Shown in pieces: positions 1 to 5,521 of a stretch of 5,785 nt of DNA. This DNA is from Candidatus Iainarchaeum sp. Its GTDB lineage: Archaea > Iainarchaeota > Iainarchaeia > Iainarchaeales > CSSED10-239. The position numbers and the translations under genes are program-made. Below the pieces are notes generated by a model that saw only the letters and a list, made by a program, of their open reading frames with translations, did no database searches and was not told the DNA's origin. The stretch spans positions 1 to 5,785 of the forward strand of contig CALBUD010000063.1 in assembly GCA_937968065.1 (NCBI GenBank). Reading direction: 5' to 3'. How positions within the stretch are numbered: position 1 is the stretch's first letter; every line of letters begins with the position of its first letter.

Positions 1-1
1 C

Positions 2-877
2 AAAAAAAAAGAGTCTGCAAAAAAATATTGGAAAGCTGTTTGTGAAAATAATCTTTTAGGAACATCTATAACTGAATACAATAATTTAAATCCTTATAAA
101 GCATATTTAGAATTATTAAAACATAAACCTAAAGATAAAGTATTAATTCCAGGTATAAAAGTTATAACCGATTCAGGAGAAGTTTTAATTTATTCAAATA
201 CTCCTGAGATTTATAATTATTCTATACTTTATGAAAATAAAGTTTCTTTAAAAAGAATAATTGATTTTTGTAATAAAAAAAATTATTTAATATCAATTGC
301 ACATCCTTTTGGTCTTATTTCAAATTCAGCAACATATATTCTTGGACTTGATAAATTAGAAAAATTAGTTAAAGAAAAAAAAATAGGAGTGGAAGCATAT
401 ACTGGAATTATTGGTTATTTAACTTATTATTTATATGATTCTTTTTTTTTAAGAAAAACAAGACATCTTTTAGATTATCTTGAACTTCATAGGTTATTTA
501 AAACTATTGGATTTTCAAGACTTAGTGAGTCTTTAACAAATAAACTTGATCAAAAATGTTATGATGTTGTATATAGATTTGAAGCTGCGATAAAATTAGG
601 TAAATCTGCAAAATATGTAACTGCAGGTTCTGGTGGATATAATGTTGATGATATTGGAAGTGGAATTTTAACTTTAGATCTTCCAAAATCTTTTTTTGAG
701 ATTAAAGATGATTTTTCAAAAAATAAATTTTTGTTAAATAAAATTAAATCTAAAAAAATAAAAGCAGTTGGACCTCCTGGAAAATATACTGACAATCTTT
801 TTGAAAGATCAACTGCAAGAAAAACTAAAAGAAAAGCATACAATGATTTAATGTATCTTACAAAGAGATCTATTTAA
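2..877 (+). CDS. PHP (polymerase/histidinol phosphatase)-fold domain protein, 5'-partial (runs off the left window edge), with partly degenerate metal-ligand motifs
   Basis: Frame 2 is open from position 2 to TAA at 875-877, so the listed GTG start at 389 is probably internal. The translation has PHP-like blocks in canonical order: VLIPGIKVITDSGEVLIY (140-193, cf. 'v.GiEi....GH.l'), ISIAHPFG (293-313, cf. 'AHP'), IGVEAYTG (383-406, cf. 'iEv.N') and VTAGSGGYNVDDIGSG (617-664, cf. 'GSDAH....iG'). The C-terminal tail is basic. The family call is by eye only. Confidence 0.55.
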   Translation, partial: KKKESAKKYWKAVCENNLLGTSITEYNNLNPYKAYLELLKHKPKDKVLIPGIKVITDSGEVLIYSNTPEIYNYSILYENKVSLKRIIDFCNKKNYLISIAHPFGLISNSATYILGLDKLEKLVKEKKIGVEAYTGIIGYLTYYLYDSFFLRKTRHLLDYLELHRLFKTIGFSRLSESLTNKLDQKCYDVVYRFEAAIKLGKSAKYVTAGSGGYNVDDIGSGILTLDLPKSFFEIKDDFSKNKFLLNKIKSKKIKAVGPPGKYTDNLFERSTARKTKRKAYNDLMYLTKRSI

Positions 878-889
878 TGTGAATAAATT

Positions 890-1621
890 ATGGATATTTT
901 ATATGTGCCTTTAATTGTTTTTACTTTAATTATTTTATTATATGTAACTTATCAAGATATAAAATATAGAGAGATAAATGTTATCTCTTTGTTAATTTTA
1001 GCGGTTGTAAGTGTTGTTTATCTTGGAATTTTTATTTTTAAAAATAATTCTTTTTTATGGTATAATTATGTTTTACAATTAATTATAACTTTTTTGTTTT
1101 TATTTATATTTTATCTTTTAGGAAAATTAAGTAATCTTACATATATTGGAGAAGGAGATTTATATATAATTCTAGGAATCTCTTTTACCAATATTTTTGA
1201 TATTTATTTTTCTATGTTTATTTTTATTTCTGCTTTGTTTTTAAATTTGTTAATACCAATAGGTATCTTTTTATTTAATCTTTTATCTAAAAATTATCCA
1301 AAACATTCTTTTTTAAAATCGATTTATTTGATGTTTTTAGGATATCCTCTAAAGTTAAATAAGATAACTAACTTTTATACTCCTTTAGAGAAATATGTTT
1401 TAGAAGAAGGTATTTTAAAATATAAAACAACTATTAAACCAAATATTGAACCTGAAAAAGAATTAAAATTACTTAAATCTTTTGCAAAAAAAAATAACAT
1501 CTCCCAAATTTGGGTTTCTCCTTTAGTTCCTTTTGCAATACTTATCTTTTTAGGTTATGTTCTGGTTATTTCTCTTTATCTTTTAGATATTATTAATTAT
1601 TTGTTAAGTTTCTTCATATAA
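890..1621 (+). CDS. Archaeal-type A24 family aspartic peptidase (prepilin/preflagellin peptidase, FlaK/PibD/EppA-like)
   Basis: 243-aa polytopic membrane protein. The first catalytic Asp sits right after TM1 in YQDIKYREI (D23, codon 956-958; cf. 'D.K.R.IP'). The second Asp sits in a GxGD motif, IGEGDLY (D90, codon 1157-1159). There is no N-terminal methyltransferase or Cys-rich domain as in bacterial PilD. A soluble insert followed by IWVSPLVPF resembles the archaeal A24 C-terminal domain. It lies directly upstream of FlaI-like and FlaJ-like genes. Confidence 0.85.
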   Translation: MDILYVPLIVFTLIILLYVTYQDIKYREINVISLLILAVVSVVYLGIFIFKNNSFLWYNYVLQLIITFLFLFIFYLLGKLSNLTYIGEGDLYIILGISFTNIFDIYFSMFIFISALFLNLLIPIGIFLFNLLSKNYPKHSFLKSIYLMFLGYPLKLNKITNFYTPLEKYVLEEGILKYKTTIKPNIEPEKELKLLKSFAKKNNISQIWVSPLVPFAILIFLGYVLVISLYLLDIINYLLSFFI

Positions 1622-1651
1622 ATCTTGTTTGTATATATATAAAGATTTATA
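1617..1651. repeat. 10-bp perfect inverted repeat (TATAAATCTT / AAGATTTATA) with a 15-nt (TA)-rich loop, overlapping the peptidase stop codon
   Basis: Read directly: 1617-1626 tataaatctt and 1642-1651 aagatttata are reverse complements. The loop at 1627-1641 is gtttgtatatatata. It could be a weak all-AT-but-one stem terminator or a protein-binding site. Function is unknown. Confidence 0.4.
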
Positions 1652-1706
1652 AATATAATGAACTATATCTATATAGATTAAAATATATTTTACAAATAAG
1701 ATATTT
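1652..1706 (+). promoter_or_regulatory. Putative archaeal promoter region for the 977-aa gene (TATA-like elements, 12-bp palindrome, no Shine-Dalgarno)
   Basis: This lies in the only sizeable intergenic gap (85 nt). It holds a perfect palindrome ATCTATATAGAT at 1667-1678. A TATA-like TTAAAATA at 1678-1685 is centred ~26 nt upstream of the ATG at 1707, the spacing expected for a leaderless archaeal mRNA. No GGAGG-like motif precedes the ATG. TATA-like strings are common by chance in sequence this AT-rich. Confidence 0.3.
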
Positions 1707-4640
1707 ATGGGTAATAAAGAAGATTCTTTAGAATTTAAAGTAATTAAAAGAATTCCTTTATCTACAGGTGTATCTTCTAAAACAACTTCTAAAAATATTG
1801 ATTCTCTTAATATTAAAAGATTAGATTCTATAGATATTAAAGAAACTAATATTAAAGAAACTAATCTTAAAAAAACAACTCCAGATTTTAAACAAAATTT
1901 AAAAGACATAAGAGATATTACTTTTAAAAAAGTTTCAAAATTAGATGATGTTGAAAATAATTTAAAAGAAGAAGTTCCATTTAAAATAAAAAAAGGTTCT
2001 TTAGAATTAAATAATTTTAAAAAAGAACCAAATGTTTTGAAAAATAAATCTTTAGAAGAAAATAAATCTTTAGAAAAAGTATCTTCTTTTACTCTTGATG
2101 ATATCAAACAAAATAAAATTAAACCTAAAGAAAAAAAAAAAACTATAAAAAAAATTGAAGTTATTGATAATTTAATAAGTCACGATGCTTCTTTAAAAAA
2201 CCAAGAAACTTCATATCCTTTACATTTTAGTAATGAAATTTATAAGGAAGGACGTATAATTAATTCTTTAGAAAATATTTTAAAAAATATTGATAATCCT
2301 TTTACTATAAAAGAACTTTCAAAAAAAGAAGAATTTATAGATCAATTTAATCAAGAACAAAATAATGTAGATACTCTTTTATTAGAATTAAATAAAAAAA
2401 CAAATAAACTAGATGAAGATGTTTTTTTAGAATCTTTTTCTTTTCTTGATAATAAACCAAAAATTGAAAAAATAAAATACCCTTCATATAATGTAAAACA
2501 TCTTTATTCAAAGATAGATAGCTTAAATAAAGAAATAATTTCTGAAAATAAAGAAAAAATAAATGAAAAAGAAAAGCAAGTTTTTAAAAAAGATGATTTT
2601 AATAATTCTTTAATTGAAGAAATTGAAATTCCTGATGTTTATCCTCTTGAAGATAATGTTGAAGATGTTAATCATATTATTGAAAATAGATATGTAAAAG
2701 ATTCTTTAGAGGATTTAGAAGATACTAAGATATTAAATCAAGATTTGAACGAAATTCCAAAAATAAAAACTAATGAAAGTTCTTCAAAAATACCTAATTT
2801 TGTTTTAGAAAATAAAAAAATTAAATTAAATAAAGATATTGAAGAAAATATTAATAGAACACAAAAACCATTAAATAAAAATAATAACCCTTCAGAAAAA
2901 TTTAATATTAATAAATTTTCTGATAAAATAAAAGAAGATGATGACCATACAAAAGATATTTATTCTAAAATAAATGTAAATAAAGAAGATGATCAAAAAA
3001 TAGAAACTAAGTATAAAGAATTAAAAGATCCTTTAAATATTAGAAAACAAAAGAAAATAAAAAAAGAATATATTGTTATTAAAGAAAAACCAAAAGTTAA
3101 AAAAGATTTAATTTCTGAAAAATATTCTGATTTTAAAGAAAAAGGAATTGATTATATTCTTCCAAGAGATGTTGGTAAAGAAAAAATAAAAAAACAACAA
3201 ATATATATAGAATCAAAACCTGAAAAAGACTCTAATTTTTCTTCACTTGTATATACTGATCCACTCTATGTTTCAAATAAAGAAGTTTCTCAAATTTTTG
3301 AAAAATATTCAATTGATGAATTTACATATGTTACTATTTATTATGATTCTGAAAAAGGTTTGTTATATAACTTAGTTCAACCAGAAATTCCTTTAGATGA
3401 AGAAAAAGAATATTCTCAAATTAAAAAAATATTTTTTAATACTATAGATCAAAACTATTATTCTTTTAATGGAGATAAAAAAAGTCTTGAAAAATATATT
3501 GAAAAAATATATGATATTTCTCTAAATAAATTATCTTATTCTTTAAATAATCTTCAAAAAAAACTTTATTTTAAATTTATTCAAAGAGATTTTTTTGGAC
3601 TTGGAATTTTAACTAATCTTTTGCAAGATAAAAAAATATTAGAAATAACTTGTTCTGGAGAAAAATCAAGTATTTTAGTAAACCACATAGAATATGGAAA
3701 TTTAAAAACAAACATTAGTTTTTCAAGTATTAGAGAACTAAATAATTTTGTAGAAATATTAACTAAAAATATGGGCCTTTTTATAACTGAATCTCACCCT
3801 GTAATAGATGGTTATCTTCCAAATGGATATAAAGTTGAAGGACTTTATTCTTCAGGAGATACCAGTAGTAAAGGATCCTCATTTGTTATTAAAAAATATT
3901 TAGATGAACCTCAATCTCCAGTATCTTTAATTAAAACAAGTATTGGTTCTATTGATTTATTTACATATATATGGTCTGCAATTTCAGAAGACTATAAAGT
4001 AATTATTGTTGGTCTTGATGACTCTTTTACAATATTTAATTCTATTTTATTATTTTATCCAAATAAAAAAATAATAACTGTTCAATCATATGATCGTTTA
4101 AAACTTCCACAACAAGAGTGGATTAATAGAGTTTTTACGAATAATCCAGATATTGATAAAAAGTTAATAATAAATCAAACAATTTCACAAAAACCAGATT
4201 ATTTTATAGTTGATCAATTTCAAGAAGATATTTTTGATGTTTCTTGGCATAATATAAATATGTTTTCAATATCTCCAATAGTCTATAATGAAGTTTTAGA
4301 AAAATTAAAACAAATAAATCAAAAAACTATTGTTATAGAGTTAAGAAATATAAAACAAGAAATTAAAGAAAATATTCAAATAATATCAATTAAAGAAATT
4401 ATTTCAAATCACGAAATTTTAATTTCAGAAATTGATATTAATAAGAAAGTTTATTCAATTAATCTTTTATCTTCAAACATAAACATTGTTGATTTCTTAA
4501 AACGAAAAAAATTATTAAGATGGATGTTTGATTCTAAGATATATAATTATATAGATTTTAATAATATTGTTTCTGAGTTTTATTTTCAAAAAGACAATAT
4601 TTTTAAAAGATTAAACATTGATATAGATGAGGATAAATAA
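1707..4640 (+). CDS. FlaI/ArlI-PilB-like (GspE/VirB11 superfamily, T2SSE) secretion NTPase homolog with degenerate nucleotide-binding motifs and a ~500-aa low-complexity N-terminal extension
   Basis: 977-aa ORF. From ~aa 520 it is colinear with archaeal FlaI-type ATPases: FTYVTIYYDSEKGLLYNLVQPEI (cf. 'v.I..d.....Y.v.EP.l'), QRDFFGLGILTNLLQDKKILEITCSG (cf. 'rd.vGyG.i..lm.D..iEDIsc.G'), VNHIEYGNLKTNISF, PVIDGYLPNGYKVEG...KGSSFVIKKY (cf. 'PivDa.LpdGsRi......GssFtIRKF') and a C-terminal LKRKKLLRWM block. The Walker A, Asp-box, Walker B and His-box positions are substituted (see findings). Confidence 0.85.
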   Translation: MGNKEDSLEFKVIKRIPLSTGVSSKTTSKNIDSLNIKRLDSIDIKETNIKETNLKKTTPDFKQNLKDIRDITFKKVSKLDDVENNLKEEVPFKIKKGSLELNNFKKEPNVLKNKSLEENKSLEKVSSFTLDDIKQNKIKPKEKKKTIKKIEVIDNLISHDASLKNQETSYPLHFSNEIYKEGRIINSLENILKNIDNPFTIKELSKKEEFIDQFNQEQNNVDTLLLELNKKTNKLDEDVFLESFSFLDNKPKIEKIKYPSYNVKHLYSKIDSLNKEIISENKEKINEKEKQVFKKDDFNNSLIEEIEIPDVYPLEDNVEDVNHIIENRYVKDSLEDLEDTKILNQDLNEIPKIKTNESSSKIPNFVLENKKIKLNKDIEENINRTQKPLNKNNNPSEKFNINKFSDKIKEDDDHTKDIYSKINVNKEDDQKIETKYKELKDPLNIRKQKKIKKEYIVIKEKPKVKKDLISEKYSDFKEKGIDYILPRDVGKEKIKKQQIYIESKPEKDSNFSSLVYTDPLYVSNKEVSQIFEKYSIDEFTYVTIYYDSEKGLLYNLVQPEIPLDEEKEYSQIKKIFFNTIDQNYYSFNGDKKSLEKYIEKIYDISLNKLSYSLNNLQKKLYFKFIQRDFFGLGILTNLLQDKKILEITCSGEKSSILVNHIEYGNLKTNISFSSIRELNNFVEILTKNMGLFITESHPVIDGYLPNGYKVEGLYSSGDTSSKGSSFVIKKYLDEPQSPVSLIKTSIGSIDLFTYIWSAISEDYKVIIVGLDDSFTIFNSILLFYPNKKIITVQSYDRLKLPQQEWINRVFTNNPDIDKKLIINQTISQKPDYFIVDQFQEDIFDVSWHNINMFSISPIVYNEVLEKLKQINQKTIVIELRNIKQEIKENIQIISIKEIISNHEILISEIDINKKVYSINLLSSNINIVDFLKRKKLLRWMFDSKIYNYIDFNNIVSEFYFQKDNIFKRLNIDIDEDK
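1836..1865 (+). repeat. Perfect 15-bp tandem duplication (attaaagaaactaat x2), in frame, encoding IKETN-IKETN
   Basis: Read directly: 1836-1850 and 1851-1865 are identical. It lies inside the low-complexity N-terminal extension. Confidence 0.9.
2043..2078 (+). repeat. 18-bp-period tandem repeat (aataaatctttagaa + 3 nt, x2), in frame, encoding NKSLEE-NKSLEK
   Basis: Read directly: 2043-2057 equals 2061-2075. The trailing triplets differ (gaa vs aaa). Confidence 0.9.
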
Positions 4641-4678
4641 TTTTTAAATAAAAATAATTTATTAAAAAAGAGGAAAAT
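4641..4678 (+). promoter_or_regulatory. Short intergenic spacer with a Shine-Dalgarno-like AGAGGA and a TATA-like TTTAAATA upstream of the platform gene
   Basis: AGAGGA at 4669-4674 lies 4 nt before the ATG at 4679, so it is a plausible RBS for an internal operon gene. TTTAAATA at 4643-4650 matches the archaeal TATA consensus but may be chance in AT-rich DNA. The two signals imply different transcript architectures and cannot be resolved from sequence. Confidence 0.45.
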
Positions 4679-5521
4679 ATGTTTAGTAAATTTTTAACAA
4701 AAATATCTAGTTATTTTTTTAAAGATCTAATCATAAAATTAAAACCAAATTTAACTGGTTTTGAAAAAGTGTTAAGTTATACAGAAATAAATGAAGATAC
4801 AGTTACATATCTTTCAAACATATTATTTTTATCTTTATTTTCTTTAATCATCATAGAATTTGGTCTAATCTTTTTAATGATAAGATTAAATATCTTATTT
4901 AATCTTTTAAGTTTTTTTATAACTATTGTTATTTCTTTTACATTTTCTTTTATGATTTTCTTGCTATTATATAAATATCCTTATTATCTACTAGATATAA
5001 AAAAGAAAAAGATAGATGAGGAATTTACAAGAAACATAAGACATCTATCTGTTTTAAAAGATGAAAACTTAAGTATACAGGATGTTTTAAACATTTTTAA
5101 AAACTTAGAAAATAATGATCTTTTAAGTAAAGAAGCAAGAAAAATAATCTCTTTAACAAAACAAAACCATAACTTAAGAGATACTTTTAAAGCAATTATT
5201 TCAGAAACTTACTCGGAAGTTGAAAAAAACTTTTTTAGAAAGTTGATAAGTGTTATTGATAAAAAAGAAGATTTAAACCAAGTTGTTTCAGATTTTCTAA
5301 ATTCTTTAGAACAATCAAGAAAAGAGATTAGTGAACAGAAAAAAAGTAGAGTTAACCTTTTATTCTTAATTTCTATATTTTTATTTTTCTTTTTTATAAT
5401 TATTTTAATATTAATTTTTATGACGGTTACAAATTTATCTTTATTAAAAGAAATGTTAATGATTTTTGCAATAGTTTTTTCAATTGTTGAGTTTATATTA
5501 GTATTAATATTATTTAAATGA
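4679..5521 (+). CDS. Single-repeat type II secretion system F-like (FlaJ/TadC/PilC family) polytopic membrane platform protein
   Basis: 280 aa. Predicted topology is two N-proximal TM helices (about LSNILFLSLFSLIIIEFGLIFLMI and LLSFFITIVISFTFSFMIFLLLY), then a ~115-aa charged helical cytoplasmic domain, then two C-terminal TM helices. The helical domain contains LSKEARKII...NLRDTFKAI...YSEVEKNFFRKLISVIDKKEDL, resembling the T2SSF pattern 'l..e...i......l..al.....ps..l..f...l....G.dl'. It sits immediately downstream of the FlaI-like gene, the canonical FlaI-FlaJ order. The call rests on topology plus synteny. Confidence 0.6.
   Translation: MFSKFLTKISSYFFKDLIIKLKPNLTGFEKVLSYTEINEDTVTYLSNILFLSLFSLIIIEFGLIFLMIRLNILFNLLSFFITIVISFTFSFMIFLLLYKYPYYLLDIKKKKIDEEFTRNIRHLSVLKDENLSIQDVLNIFKNLENNDLLSKEARKIISLTKQNHNLRDTFKAIISETYSEVEKNFFRKLISVIDKKEDLNQVVSDFLNSLEQSRKEISEQKKSRVNLLFLISIFLFFFFIIILILIFMTVTNLSLLKEMLMIFAIVFSIVEFILVLILFK

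Noticed and set aside
559-843. 94-aa ORF on the minus strand
   Set aside because: It lies entirely antisense to the PHP-like ORF. The translation is low-complexity (F/L/S/K-rich) with no recognisable motif or start context. It is most likely a shadow ORF.
389-877. The 162-aa ORF taken as a complete gene starting at GTG 389
   Set aside because: The same frame is open all the way back to position 2. The upstream translation contains PHP-like blocks (PGIKVITDSGEVLIY, ISIAHPFG) continuous with the downstream ones. The gene therefore most likely starts left of the window.
1604-2107. 167-aa ORF on the minus strand
   Set aside because: It is antisense to the K/E-rich low-complexity start of the 977-aa gene. 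Its F/L/S-rich product is the mirror image of AAA/GAA-rich coding sequence. It also spans the intergenic promoter region, so it is judged spurious.
1707-3264. The low-complexity N-terminal region as a separate gene from the ATPase-like core
   Set aside because: There is no in-frame stop between them, no in-frame ATG until about codon 690, and no intergenic signal. A single fused ORF is the simplest reading, although an internal non-ATG start cannot be excluded.
3855-3881. GDTSSKGSS as a possible alternative P-loop in the ATPase homolog
   Set aside because: It does not fit GxxxxGK[ST]. By colinearity it corresponds to the conserved '..GssFtIRKF' segment of the N-terminal domain of FlaI-type proteins, upstream of where Walker A lies.
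5515-5521. Alternative genetic code (e.g. TGA read-through fusing the platform protein to the methyltransferase)
   Set aside because: The two ORFs are in different frames (ATGA overlap). No listed ORF contains an in-frame TGA that needs recoding, and TAA or TGA stops fall at sensible protein ends. The standard code fits.
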